DNA from: the human T2T-CHM13v2.0 reference genome, Homo sapiens
Assembly (NCBI RefSeq): GCF_009914755.1
Contig: NC_060944.1
Length of the DNA: 64,000 bases
Direction: 5' to 3' (one strand)
In this document: positions 1-13,367 of the stretch, piece after piece
Layout of the letters: the number at the start of each line of letters is the position of its first letter
Numbering within the stretch: position 1 is the stretch's first letter
Translations under genes and position numbers: made by a program
Notes under the pieces: generated by a model
Database searches by the model: none
Seen by the model: the letters and a program-made list of their open reading frames with translations, nothing else
Told to the model about the DNA's origin: nothing

Positions 1-17
1 TAGTCATTTCCAGTTAC

Positions 18-116
18 CTGGTGGTGACATGCACAAGTGGCATATAGAGACTGGGTTGCAGCTGACCTTCTGGTGACCAGGGAATACCTCCAGAGAGACT
101 GCGATGCAGTTCGCAA
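18..116 (-). other. Candidate 99-nt internal exon of an unidentified minus-strand (probably non-coding) transcript
   Basis: Minus strand acceptor ctcttttttcag| and donor CAG|gtaact; no stop in any of the three frames; product not recognised. Confidence 0.35.
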
Positions 117-1173
117 CTGAAAAAAGAGCCACTTGAATACTGATCCTTGATGATGGGTATCGCCATTGAGGCAGCAAGCCCAACTGTTTATCTTTTTTCT
201 TATTTGGTAACTAGGTGGGATGGTTGTATAGAAAAATGTGGGTGGGAATGACCACAGACCACAAACTCACGTTTGCAAGAAATGTAGCTGTAATTTTCTG
301 AAGATTTTACCCATGTCGTCCTCTATACCTAGAGAGATCATACATCCAGGTTTGCCCAGAAGAGTCCAGGGTTATGACTTGTCCTGACCCTCCTTTTTCC
401 CTCCCAAGAGTTTCCCAGTCATGCCACCATAAGAACTTTTCCCTGAGTTCGTTATGATGGAAGAACCTTGCTGCTTCAACGGAGAGAGCCATGGGGATTT
501 AAAATACACAGAGAAAGGCCTATCTATCAGTACATTATAATATCATTTCCTTCAAAGTATTCAAAATTTCCTTAGTCTGTCTCTAGTTCTCCAAAGGGTG
601 TATGTAATATTATAATATGTATAACAGAGATGAAAATTGTTGGCCAGTGGAGCAGCAAGCATATTTCTTGGATAATGTAGTGCTTTATTTGGGAGGACTT
701 GATATCCTTTGGGGAGGCTCATTGATTTTATGAGATCATTAGTTTACTTATTATTCAATAAATTTAACTCCTCGACACTCAAACCTGTAGTAAAATATGT
801 TTTGTGACTGTGATGTTCTCTTTTCAGAAGTGAGGCTGGGCTGGCAATAGCTGGCTGGAACATGGTCTGGGGAGGAAATGGGTGAGGTCAAAAGTGGTGA
901 GACAAGTTGCTGAAGAACAGGAATCTGCTATGCGAAAGAATCAGAGTGCTCCCTTAGGGACCTTAATTTAGGGGTCTTGAAATATATCACACTCTCCCAA
1001 AACTAATTCATGCTTCAACTGCCCTCATTAATCATAAGTCAGTTGTGAAAGACCATAATGACAGTAACTGCCTACGTGGATCACATTTTGTAAACCAGGT
1101 CTTAGTCGCAGTATGCACCATACTGACCAAATTTGTGTCCATGTAAATCACTGTTCACATCCATCCAGATTCC

Positions 1174-1623
1174 ATTTACATGCATTCAGGCACTAGCATA
1201 CATACATATAGACATACATGTGTTTGCATAAGGAGTGCATATAGTTATATATCTGCATATAGAATTTACATGCATACAGGCACTAGCATACATACATATA
1301 GATATACATGTGTTTGCATAAGGAGTGCATGTGGTTATATATCTGCATATAGAATTTACATGCATACAGGCACTAGCATACATCCATATAGATATACATG
1401 TGTTTGCATAAGGAGTGCATATAGTTATATATCTGCATGTAGAATTTACATGCATTCAGGCACTAGCATACATACATATAGATATACACGTGTTTGCATA
1501 AGGAGTGCATATAGTTATATATCTGCATATAGAATTTACATGCATTCAGGCACTAGCATAAATACATATAGATATACACGTGTTTGCATAAGGAGTGCAT
1601 ATAGCTATATATCTGCATGTAGA
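1174..1623. repeat. 90-bp minisatellite/VNTR, 5 copies
   Basis: ATTTACATGCAT(T/A)CAGGCACTAGCATA... recurs at 1174, 1264, 1354, 1444 and 1534; it explains the 30-aa periodic ORFs 1180..1659 and 1186..1455. Confidence 0.97.
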
Positions 1624-1894
1624 GAAGTATCTTTGAAATCAAATGATCTGGCTCCATAACTGTCCTTCCATGCACACAGCTTGCCTCCTCTCCTGCCCTT
1701 AAATTGGGGCTGGGAAGGGACTACCTGCCTCTCTCTGATTCCAAGTGACCTCAGAAAGTACACCTGCTCTTCACATTCACATGTTTAATTCATACCTTTC
1801 TAATGCCTGGAGGTGATTTGGATATCTGGATGATTTTTTCCCTTTTTCTTTCCTACTTCTTCAGAATAAACCACTTCTTAATATTCTTTGCCAC

Positions 1895-2410
1895 TTTTTT
1901 TTCAATGCTGCCAGAAGGATTTTCTTAAATCACAGGCCTAATACTTTTATTTCTGTTTCCCAGAAACTTTTGCTAGATCCTTACTGTGTGAAAAATGAAT
2001 GCCTCATAGCATGGCATTCAAGGGCCACTCTGATCTGACCTGCAGTTTCTTGCCTCCCTTTTGCATCATCTCTGCCAGGAAACCCAGACCGAGCTTGTTC
2101 TTCCCAAGTCTTGATCCTTCTCCATGGTCTTCTTGTGTTCTCAGCTTCTTTAAGGTTCACCTGAAATGCAGCGTTCTACCAAGCATTGGCCAGTTCTCAT
2201 AATCAGTTTTTCTTTTCTGTGAGCATAGTGGATTTTTATCATTTGAGCATAACCCTATCAATGTCTTGAATTATGACTGTTTGCACACCTGTAGTACCTG
2301 TTAATTATAAACTCCTAGAAGGCAGAAGACATGTCTTTTTATTCTTTGTGTCTCTCCTAGCATCTAACGCAATACCTGGTAACTACTAAGTCTCAATAAA
2401 TACATGCAAA
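1895..2410 (+). mobile_element. L2 LINE 3' fragment
   Basis: L2-type 3' end ctcctagaaggcagaagac...gcaatacctgg...ctcaataaatacatg. Confidence 0.65.
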
Positions 2411-2672
2411 GTGAAGACAAAAATTAATTCCAAGCTAAAAAATGTTGCTAAAACTTTGAAAAGACTCCTTGTTGAGGATCAAAGGTTTTTGATAATGGCA
2501 AATGCCTAGATAACCAGTATTTCTCAAAGTAAAGCCCCAAAATTACCAACCAATCGTTCTGTCCACAGGTTACCTATCATTTAAAAGAAAAATATTTGTT
2601 CATATATATACATTCAAAATTTTTGAAAGTTTGAAATGTAAGTTTAGTTATGGTTTTCATAGGCATTTTTTT

Positions 2673-3807
<1,135 letters not shown>

Positions 3808-4030
3808 CTATTATGCTCTCCAAGGCTATGAAAACATTGCAAAGTGTTGGCCATGCTGTCTCAGCAAATATTCAGTTAATGGTGCACTTCCCCCAAAATA
3901 TATGATTTCCTGTAGTTTTTTCTAATTATTTATATCTGTTAATTTTTTCTTTTTTATTGTTAGTATTTTGATGAATCATATTCTCGATTCACAATAAGCA
4001 GATCACCAGCACAAAAACATTCACTAGAGA

Positions 4031-4253
4031 AGGGGTGTTCAATCTTTTGGCTTCCCTGGGCCACGTAGAAAGAACTCTCTTGAGCCACACATAAAATACC
4101 CTAACACTAACGATCGCTGATGAGCTAAAAAAAAAAAAAAAATCACAAAAAAAAAACCACCTCATAATATTTTAAGAAAGTTTACAAATTTGTGTTGTGC
4201 TGCATTAAAAGCCATCCTGGGCCTCATGTGGGTCGTGGGCCGCGGGTTGGACG
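4031..4253 (+). mobile_element. MER30 (hAT-Charlie non-autonomous DNA transposon)
   Basis: aggggtgttcaatcttttggcttccctgggccac...gctgatgagctaaaa...gggccgcgggttggac matches the MER30 layout. Confidence 0.85.
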
Positions 4254-4307
4254 GTGCCAAAGCATGAATGTTGTGATTACAGTAGTAATATAAATACTAC
4301 AATTCAT

Positions 4308-4434
4308 GTATATACTTTTAATTTTAATATAGAGACATCATGTTGTCCAGGCTGGTCTCAAACTTCTGGGCTCAAGCAATCCTCCTCCCTCGACCTCCCA
4401 AACTGTTAGAATTAAATGAACCACTGCACCCGGC
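4308..4434 (-). mobile_element. FLAM / Alu monomer
   Basis: Alu left-monomer antisense sequence ending ccactgcacccggcc; flanking direct repeat ctacaattca. Confidence 0.8.
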
Positions 4435-5029
4435 CTACAATTCAAATTAATGTAAAAACTGCAAGTGGTTCGTGATCAAAACTCCAATGCACATGTAGAC
4501 TATAATTTGTTCATGTCAGGATAGTGTGATGGGTTTATTCAAGCAGCCACAAAAGAAAAGTTTGAATCAGAAATAAGATGTGAATGATTTTTATATTTTA
4601 TTTTATATTTTTTACCCCTTATCCAATTATAATACATTTGTCACATAGTGACTTTGAAACTTTGAAACGTTCTTCCAGTTTTCAAACAAAACACAATGAC
4701 CTTTTTGTTGAACCGATTAAGTTTCTCTGGAAAGTAAGATAATACTTTTCCCATCAACATTAATGTATTTTGTTGCAAAAGGTGGGGAAATCACCAAAGT
4801 CATAAGAGCATAATTCAACTTTGCACTCTTTGTTAAAAATAATCAGGTAAATGTCACACTATGACTGAGATGGTGATAAAATAAGCCAAAAGTTTAATGA
4901 CAAATGTTATGTCCAGCGGGAAAACATGATGAACTTTTGGCAACATTTCTGAACCAAATGGACACCCCTGGAATCTGCCAGCACTGGAAAAGCGGTTGCT
5001 GTCCTGGAAGAGTGGTTCTATATTCTGTT

Positions 5030-5115
5030 CTATAGTACTTACTATGCTTACTATAGTACTATATACTATACTTACTATATACTATATACCATACTTACTA
5101 TAGTACTTACTATAG
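5030..5115. repeat. Low-complexity TACTA/TATAG repeat
   Basis: tatagtacttactatgcttactatagtactatatactatacttact... Confidence 0.8.
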
Positions 5116-5299
5116 AGCACAGTACAGAAGAACGGGCTGTATAAATCAGCATTTGGCACTTGTGTGGTACATATATGAGGGAGTGGTGCCTGGCAGCTAT
5201 TTGCCTTACTTGTTATTGGAAATCCAAACTCTAGCAATGAAAGTTATTTTTAACTCAGTAAATGGTTATCTTGGAGTCTGTGATGTAGCCTAGAAAACA

Positions 5300-5720
5300 T
5301 ACCCCGGGGTGAAGGCTGATGGAGCACAGCCATATGTGCAACAAGGAAATTCTCACACTGCTGTATTCACAGATAACATTTGGTGGTCAACGCTATGCTT
5401 CCTCATACTTATTTGGTGGTGAAAGAAATACTCAAAAAATTATAGCCATAGATGTAAGTCTTTGGGATTTATTTTCTGGGTTTCAAGGATAAATTTCTGC
5501 TTTTCCAAACTGAAGTTCATCAGGGAGTAGAGAAAAAATGAATTACTCTATTTTTTTTTGAAAAAGGCATGTTTTTCATACGACACCAATAATACAAATA
5601 AAGGCCACTTTTATTTGTATCAGTTATTCAAGTGACACCCTCAGCAATGTATTTGATGTCTGAATAATCTGAACCCTTCTTTTCTGGGCAGAAACATTTT
5701 ATTCCAAAGACATCTAAATA
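5300..5720 (+). mobile_element. Fossil hAT/Charlie-type transposase coding remnant (element may span about 2515-6058)
   Basis: Ordered motifs DGA (5318), HCCIHR*HL (5356), LLFQTEV (5497, cf. LLxHTEVRWLS) and LSNVFD/LNNLNPSFLGRN (5640-5695, cf. LxDIFxxLNxLNxSLQG). Confidence 0.7.
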
Positions 5721-7320
5721 TTTGAAAGAAATACCAAACATTTGCCACTGTTCTTAATGACAATTAATTTTAAATAGGGCTTCTCTAGTACAGTACAAAT
5801 AAAGACTAAGAAAAGAAACAAGTTGGGATGTGAAACTGGAAGCCTCTGGGAGTAACCATTACCACGACATTTAAATTGTGACTGAAAATGTGCAAATAAC
5901 AGGTTCTCTTTAACTGATATGAAATGATTTTTAATTTAAAAAAATTTTATATAAATTTGTTTTTAATGTTTAAAAATTGTACCTAAAAGATGATGTTTGC
6001 ATTTCTGCCTAATGTTCATTAAGTGGGTTTTAAGTAGTGAAAAATTGAAGAAACACCACCATTGATATGAAAGTGGTGACTAGTTTTGAAAAATTTCAAA
6101 AAAATTGTTTATAATAAATGCTTTCAGGCATAAACATATTAATAGTATAAATATGTACAAATATGTACTCACTAGCAACAATGTAATTAAGTACAGATAA
6201 TATAATTTATGATTTAAAACATTTAAAATTTATTTGTTACATTCATTCCCAATCTTTGAGCTTTCAATCTCATACAGCTTTGATACATTCTGCAACTTGC
6301 AAAAATAATTTTCGGTTGTTTCATAAATTGATAATGTCTTCTATATAAGTATTTTCTGCTCTTTGTTTAATCTTTCTCTTGAGGCATCTATTTTTATTTG
6401 TCCTATTTTCTCATGAAGAATGAAATGCTTTAGTGATACGGAATATAGGATTTCTAGAAATCTTGGTAATTACTGAAATCTTTGCATCATATGGAGTATC
6501 TGTGTTGAGTGTTCTGATCCTTATTTATTTACTTTTGGTAACTATCATTGTAGTAGTGAAAATGGAAATCAGGGCCTTGTTTTCTTGTCTTAATTCTTGG
6601 CTTCTCAGTTTTACAGATAGTAAAGAGATCAAATAAAGTAACATACTATTTGTCCAGTGTAAAGCTAATTTTATCATATTTTGCTTCTAGAAATGCAGAA
6701 TTCACCCAAAGTAGCACAATTAGAGCAGGGCGTAGTAGAGCAAGATCTCCTCAACTTTCCTCATATTTCGTTGACTGAGACATGTTGTGATCAAAGAATA
6801 GATTTCATCAAAGAAGTCTTTTTGTTTTTTACATTTTCCATCTCTTTTCCTGACTCCTTTATATGACGAACTTCATCTGTACACCTGACTTTTCATTCCT
6901 ATATTTTAGAAAAGTAATAGCTTCTGGGAGAGAAGAGAGGAAAGGAAAATGATCTTTTGTTTTGAAACCATGAAAGACCAAGATGAGGCATTCTGAGATG
7001 CCAATTTCATGAATTTGTCTTTGAGAAGACAAGCAAAAGGTGATAATAAGCTGTTCTTTAGCATAGAAATTTGTTTCTGGTTTTGTCATCATGATTAATC
7101 ATTCTGATTTGCAGCCTTACTTGTTTCAATCATTGAAGCCCCATTTTAATGTGATTAACATTTTTGTTCCATTTATGGAGCAGTACTGGCCCCTAATTTT
7201 TGAGAACAGGATAACCCTTGATTGGCCTTATGTAAATAAATCGTAACTTAATGCCCTTGAAATTGGAGTATCCCCCAGGAGAACAAGCTGTAAATCAGAG
7301 TAGAAAAAAGTGAGCCTTAC

Positions 7321-7424
7321 CCTGGGGGCGGGAGCTCCACATGGCATATTCAAGATGAACCAAATGCCTTTATTTCAGAATTTTAATTCATGGTACTTTT
7401 TCCTTTTCAAATGGTGCTGTCATC
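7321..7424 (-). other. Candidate 104-nt minus-strand exon 450 bp downstream of the HERV-H 3' LTR
   Basis: Acceptor ctctgtcatttcag| and donor AGG|gtaagg. Confidence 0.3.
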
Positions 7425-7868
7425 CTGAAATGACAGAGATTGAGTGCTAAATTGCTATTGCATAATTTTCCTTATCTCTCATCTATAGACTGGATTTGAT
7501 TGAAAGTTCAGATTTTGTGAAGAATGTTTTACATAGGAAATTTTGAAATATGGGGAAACATTATTTTTACATAAAGGAAAGGAGAACTCTGTGTGTGTAA
7601 AACGGAGTTAGCATTTTTTTTTTTTACCCAGCCAGGGTCTTTGTGTAATTATAAACAAATAGCTATTATCATTCCAACAGATTTTTTTTCCTCTTTGATT
7701 CTTTCTAGCAATCTCTCTATGTAACTTCTTATCCCTTTTTGTGCCTTAAAATTATTATGCTATTTTTTAATAGTAAAGAGGCTGAAACAATGTCCTGGAA
7801 TCCATATCCAGTGGTGACAGGAGACTAATCATTGCCTCTGTCTGAGTTATTTGAAAATGGGTCCACAC

Positions 7869-8221
7869 TTTCATGTGCGTCCGTGTGAAGAGACCACCAA
7901 ACAGGCTTTGTGTGAGCAACAAGGCTGTTTATTTCACCTGGGTGCAGGCGGGCTGAGTCTGAAAAGAGAGTCAGTGAAGGGAGATAGGGGTGGGGCCATT
8001 TTATAGGATTTGGGTAGGTAAAGGAAAAAGGGGGGTTGTTCTCTGGCAGGCAGGAGTAGGGGTCACAAGGTGCTCAGTAGGGGAGCTTTTGAGCCAGGAT
8101 GAGCCAGGATAAGGAATTTCACAAGATAATGTCATCAGTTAAGGCAGGAACCGGCCATCTCTATGTGTATGTGCAGGTCACAGGGGATATGATGGCTTAG
8201 CTTGGGCTCAGAGGCCTGACA
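7869..8221 (-). repeat. HERV-H 3' LTR (LTR7 family)
   Basis: Minus strand TGTCAGGCCTCTGAGCCCAAGC...CATGAAA; AATAAA at 7928-7933; preceded by PPT AAGAAGACAGGAA (8222-8234). Confidence 0.97.
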
Positions 8222-8659
8222 TTCCTGTCTTCTTATATTAATAAGAAAAATAAAATGAAATAGTGGTAAAGTGTTGGGATGGTGAAAATTTTTTGGGGGT
8301 GGTATGGAGAGAGAATGGGCGATGTTTCTCAGGGCTGCTTCGAGCGGGATTAGGGGCGGTGTGGGAACCTAGAGTGGGAGAGATTAAGCTGAAGGAAGAT
8401 TTTGTGGTAAGGGATGACATTGTGGGGGGTTGTTAGAAGAAACATTTGTCATGTAGAATTATTGGTGATGGCCTGGATACCGTTTTGTATGAATTGAAAA
8501 ACTAAACGGAATAAGAGAAGGAGAAAAACAGGTATTAAAGGACTAAGAATTGGGAGGACCTAGGACATCTAATTAGAGAGTGCTTAAGGAGGTTCAGCAT
8601 AGCCTTGCCAGCAAAGATTATTTATTTACTTTAAGAGTTAGGAGTGGCGGTTTGGGGAT

Positions 8660-10815
8660 AGCATCAGGAGATATCAGCTGTGATGGCTTGGAAAAACAGT
8701 GTAAACTGGCAGTGTAAACAAGAGCAGGGCATGTATGAGTAGTTGAGAATGGTGAATAGGAGTATGACTAGACAGAAAACAGCACAGATGACAAGTTTTT
8801 TGGGGCGCAGTCCAAGTTGGTCTGGTGTCTGGGATGAGACTGGGGCCTGATAAAAAGGAGTGTCTATACAGGAGCTCAAATGGGCCGTACCCTGTAGCAT
8901 TCTGAGGACAGGCCTGACTTCTGAGAAGGGAAAGTGGTAAAAGTATTGTCCAGTCCTTTTTAAGTTGGTGGCTGAGCTTGGTGAGGTGTGTTTTTAAAAG
9001 ACTTTTAGTCTGTTCTACTTTCCCTGAAGACTGAGGACCGTAAGGGATGTAAAGGTTTCACTGAATACTAAGAGCCTGAAAAACTGTGTGGCTGTTTTGA
9101 CTAATAAAGGCTGGTCTGTTATCAGACTGTATAGAGGTGGGAAGGCTAAACTGAGGAATTACGTCTGACAGAAGGGAAGAAGTGACTGCAGTGGCCTTCT
9201 CAGACCCTGTAGGAAAGGCCTCTACCTATCTAGTGAAAGTGTCTACCTAGACTAAGAGGTATTTTAGTTATTTGACTTGGGGCATGTTGAGTAAAGCTAA
9301 TTTGCCAGTCCTGGGTGGAGGCAAATCCTTGAGCTTGGTGTGTAGGGAAGGGAGGGGGCCTGAATAATCCCTGAGGAGTAGTAGAATAGCAGATGGAACA
9401 CTGAGAAGTTATTTCCTTGAGGATAGATTTCCACGATGCAAAGGAAATGAGAGGTTCTAAGAGGTGGGCTAGTGGCTTGTACTATAGCATAGCCTGCCTT
9501 TGCTGGTGTGTGGCGATTAGGCCTGGTGGAACTGCCATCAGTAAACCAAGTGTGATCAGGGTGAGGAACAGGAAAGAAGGAAATGTGGGGAAATGGAGTA
9601 AATGTCAGGTGGATCAGAGAGATGCAGTCATAGGGGTCAGGTGTGGTATCTGGAATAATGTGGAGGTCGGATTGAAGTCCGGGCCAGGAACAATGGTAAT
9701 TATGGGAGACTCAACAAAGAGTGAGTACAGCTGAAGGAGCCAGGGAGCAGAAAGTGTATGCGTCAGGTGTGAGGAAGAAAATAGATTTTGGAAGTTACGA
9801 GAGCTGTAGAGAGTGAGTTGAGCGTAGTTTGTGATTTTAAGGGCCTCTAAAAGTATTAGGGCGGCAGCAGCTGCTGCACGGAGACATGATGGCCAGCCTA
9901 AAACAGTAAGGTCAAGTTGTTTGGACAAAGAAGCTACAGGACGCAATCCCGGTCCTTGTGTAAGAATTCTGACTGCACAGCCCTGCACTTCGGCTGTGTG
10001 TAATGAAAAGGGTTGGGATGAGTCAGGAAGAGCTAGGGTGGGGACAGTCTCTAAAGCTGTCTTCAAGGAATGGAAAGATGAGTGGGGAAAGGATTTAGGA
10101 TCTATGGGGTCAGCTAGGTTTCCTTTTGTGAGTTTATGTAATGGTTTTGTTAGGATGGCAAAACCAGGTATCCAAAGGCAAAAGTATCCAACCATGCCCA
10201 GGAAGGAAAGGAGTTGTTGTTTTGTAGAAGGTGCTGTAGTTTGAGAGATCAGTTGGACACTATCGGCAGGGAGAGCACATGTGTTTTTATGAGAATTATG
10301 CCAAGATAGGTAACAGATGAGGAAGAAATTTGGGCTTGACTGAAGTGATGGAGGCTATCTGTGAGGGCTTGCAGCAGTACAGCCCAGGTAATTTGCTGAG
10401 CCTGATGGGTGTCAGGGTCAGTACAAGTGAAAGCGAAGAGAGGCTGGGACGAGGGGTGTAGGGGAATAGTGAAAAAAGCATTTTTAAGATCAAGAACAGA
10501 ATAGTGAGTTGTGGAGGAAGGTATTGAGGACAAAAGAGTGTACAGGTTGGGCACCACAGGGTGGATAGGCAAAGCAATTTGGTTGATAAGGCACAGATCC
10601 TGAACTAATCTGTAAGACTTGTCCGGTTTTTGGACAGGTAAAATGGGGGAATTGTAAGGAGAATTTATAGGTTTTAGAAGCCCATGCTGTAGCAGGCGAG
10701 TGATAACAGGCTTTAATCCTTTTAAAGCATGCTGTGGGATGGGGTATTGGCATTGAGCGAGGTAAGGGTGATTAGGTTTTAATGGGATGGTAAGGGATGC
10801 ATGATCAGTTGCCAA
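8660..10815 (-). pseudogene. pol: HERV-H pol remnant (RT, tether and integrase pieces; frameshifted and deleted)
   Basis: ORF 10249..10815 has YRLVQDL, VLDLKNAFF and FAFT.TDP, but the LPQG/YVDD region is lost; ORF 9614..10195 continues RT/tether. Confidence 0.9.
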
Positions 10816-10833
10816 GGAGGGAGTAGAGGTATC

Positions 10834-11193
10834 CTATACTTGTGGGTTAAGGTGGGGGGATACAAGAGGAGGATGCAAAGGAGGCTTTGGATTGGGAAGA
10901 AGGGCGGCAATGAGATGTGGCTGTAGTCCAGGAATAGTCAGGGAAGCAGAATGTTTAGTTAAAGTGTCTCGGCCTAATAAGGGAACTGAGCAGGTGGGGA
11001 TAACTAAAAAGGAGTGCTTAAAAGAGTGTTGTCTAAGTTGGCACCAGAGTTGGGGAGTTTTAAGAGGTTTAGAAGCCTGGCTGTCAATACCCACAACAGT
11101 TATGGAGGCAAGGGAAACAGGCCCTTGAAAAGAAGGTAATGTGGCATGGGTAGCCTCCATATTGATTAAGAAGGGGACGGACTTACCCTCCAC
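10834..11193 (-). pseudogene. pro: HERV-H protease remnant; catalytic DTG replaced by NME
   Basis: VPFLINMEATHATL...PLLGRDTL, a retroviral aspartyl protease pattern lacking the catalytic Asp. Confidence 0.9.
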
Positions 11194-11249
11194 TGTGAGA
11201 GTTACCTAAAGCTCGGCGTCCACGATGGTCTACAGGGCTTCCGAGGCGA

Positions 11250-12500
11250 TCGGGCAGTGTCAGTCTTCAGCTGCTAAGCCGAGAAGATCTGGGAAGGAGT
11301 CAGTCAGAGAGCCTTGGGCCAGAGTTCCAGGGGGCTCTGGGAGTGGCTGCCAGGTGAGTTGAACAGTCCAATTTTCAGTGGGGTCCCACAGAGATGGGAC
11401 GCGGCTTACGAGGAATCCCAGGCTGCAGGCATTCCTTGGCCTGATGGCCAGATTTCCAGCACTTGTAGCAAGCTCCTGGGGGAGGAGGTTCTGGAGGAAT
11501 GCCTGGCTGCTGCGGTTCAGGCGTTTGGAAGTTCTTGTGTGCTGGAGATGTGGCTGGGGTTTGTCTCACAGTGGAGGCAAGGAATTGCAACTCAGAAATA
11601 TATTGCTACTTGGCTGTCTCTACTCTATTATTGTACACCTTGAAGGTGAGGTTAATTAAGTCTGGTTGTGGGGTTTGAGGGCCGGAATTTAATTTTTGGA
11701 GTTTTATTTAATGTCGGGAGCAGATTGGGTAATAAAATGTATATTGAGAATAAGACGGCCTTTTGACCTTTTAGGGTCTAGGGCTGTAAAGCATCTCAGA
11801 GTTGCTGCCAAATGAGCCATGAACTGGGCTGGATTTTTATATTTGATGAAAAAGAGCCTAAACACTCTCTGATTTGGGATAAAGGAAAAGGAGCATTAAC
11901 CTTGACTATGCCTTTAGCTCTAGCCACCTTTTTAAGAGTAAATTGCTGGGCAGGTTGGGGAGGGCTAGTCATGGAACGAAACTGTAAGCTGGACCGGGTG
12001 TGAGGAGGGAAGGTGATAAAAGTATTATAGGGTGGAGGAGTGGAGGCTAAGGAAGAATTGGGACCTAGCTCTGCCTGGCGAGGAGGGGAGGGGTCAGATG
12101 GGTCTGTAGAAAAGGAAGATTAGAAAGACTCAGCGACGCTTGGGGTTGGGACTGAGGGGACAGGTGGGAGGGAAAGAAGGAAGATTTGGGATGAGTTGCA
12201 TTGGGAACAGAGACTAGGGAGGGACCGATGTGTAAAAGAATGCCTGGACGTCAGGCATCTCAGACCATTTGTCCATTTTACGACAAGAATTATTTAGATC
12301 TTGTAGGATGGAAAAATTGAAAGTGCCGTTTTCCGGCTATTTGGAACCACTGTCAAGTTTTTATTGGGGTCAAGCGGCATTGCAGGAGAAAATAAGATGC
12401 TTAGATTTTAGATCAGGTGAGAGTTGAAGAGGTTTTAAGTTCTTAAGAACGCAGGCTAAGGGAGAAGGAGGAATGGAAGGTGAAAGCTTGCCCATAGTGA
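11250..12500 (-). pseudogene. gag: HERV-H gag remnant
   Basis: CCHC knuckle CYKCWKSGHQAKEC in ORF 11375..11590; second knuckle degenerate (RPISVGPH*); multiple stops. Confidence 0.85.
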
Positions 12501-12584
12501 AGGAGGCAAGCCCAGAGAAAAGAGAGTAGAGACACGGAGAAGAGGTGGGGGTTCTTGCCCTCCAGAAAAGCAGAGAAGGGGTTT

Positions 12585-12757
12585 GGGACATGGAAATAAG
12601 GGGTTGGGGCACAGAGATAAGAGGTTGGGGCGTGGAAATAAGGGATTGGGGCACAGAGATAAGAGGTCAGGGCACGGAAATAAGGGATCGGGGCACAGAG
12701 ATAAGAGGTTGGGGCATGGAAATAAGGGATCAGGGCACAGAGATAAGAGGTCAGGGT
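12585..12757. repeat. Alternating 21-bp tandem repeat (42-bp higher order, about 8 units) in the HERV-H leader
   Basis: GGGGCACAGAGATAAGAGGTY alternates with GGGGCRYGGAAATAAGGGATY; gives heptad ORFs (EIRGWGT)n. Confidence 0.9.
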
Positions 12758-13214
12758 TCCTGCCCCTCCCCTAGAAAAGTGGGACTTGCCACTAAGGGTG
12801 AAGGTGAAGGGGTTGAGGGGTTCTTGCCTCTCCCCCAGAAAAGCGGAGAAGGGGTAGAGACACAGAGAGAAGGGGTTGGGGTTCTTGCCCCTCCCCCAGA
12901 AAAGTGGGACTTGCCGCTAAGGGTGAAGGACCAAAGCAGGCGTCCCTGTGTGGACTGACACCTCTGAAACCTGGGTGAATAATCAGAGAGGCATCCCTGC
13001 AATGATTAAACACCAAGGGAAGGCTGCCTTCCCTAGTCCGTGACTGGCACTGGAGTTTTGGGTCCACGGATAAAACGTGTCTCCTTTGTCTCTACCAGAA
13101 AATGAAAGGAATTGAAATTAAGAGAAGGGAGAGATTGAAGTGTGGTGCCAAGATTGAAAGGAGAAAGAGGTTGAGGGATAGTGAGAGAGGTTGGAGAAGA
13201 GAGTAAAAAGAGGC

Positions 13215-13224
13215 CGCTTACCGG
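13215..13224 (-). promoter_or_regulatory. HERV-H major splice donor CCG|GTAAGC (intact)
   Basis: Minus strand aaatccg|gtaagcggcc, about 146 nt downstream of the 5' LTR. Confidence 0.8.
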
Positions 13225-13347
13225 ATTTGAAATTGGTAAGATGTTTCTTGGGCTGGTCAGTCTGAGGACCTGAGGTCGTAGGTGGATCTTTCTCATGGAG
13301 CAAAGAGCAGGAGGACAGGGGATTGATCTCCCAAGGGAGGTCCCCCA

Positions 13348-13365
13348 GTTCGAGTCACGGCACCA
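13348..13365 (-). other. Primer-binding site for tRNA-His
   Basis: TGGTGCCGTGACTCGAAC immediately 3' of the 5' LTR; 2 mismatches to TGGTGCCGTGACTCGGAT. Confidence 0.92.
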
Positions 13366-13367
13366 AA

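Noticed and set aside
307-492. 61-aa ORF as a known HERV-H-associated gene such as HHLA1
   Set aside because: No resemblance to the proteins I recall
1180-1659. 159-aa periodic Cys/His/Tyr ORF as a real protein, or the array as CRISPR-like
   Set aside because: It is a by-product of a stop-free 90-bp tandem unit; there are no unique spacers and the context is eukaryotic
9614-11590. Functional retroviral proteins
   Set aside because: The protease lacks the catalytic Asp, RT lacks YVDD, and the frames are broken
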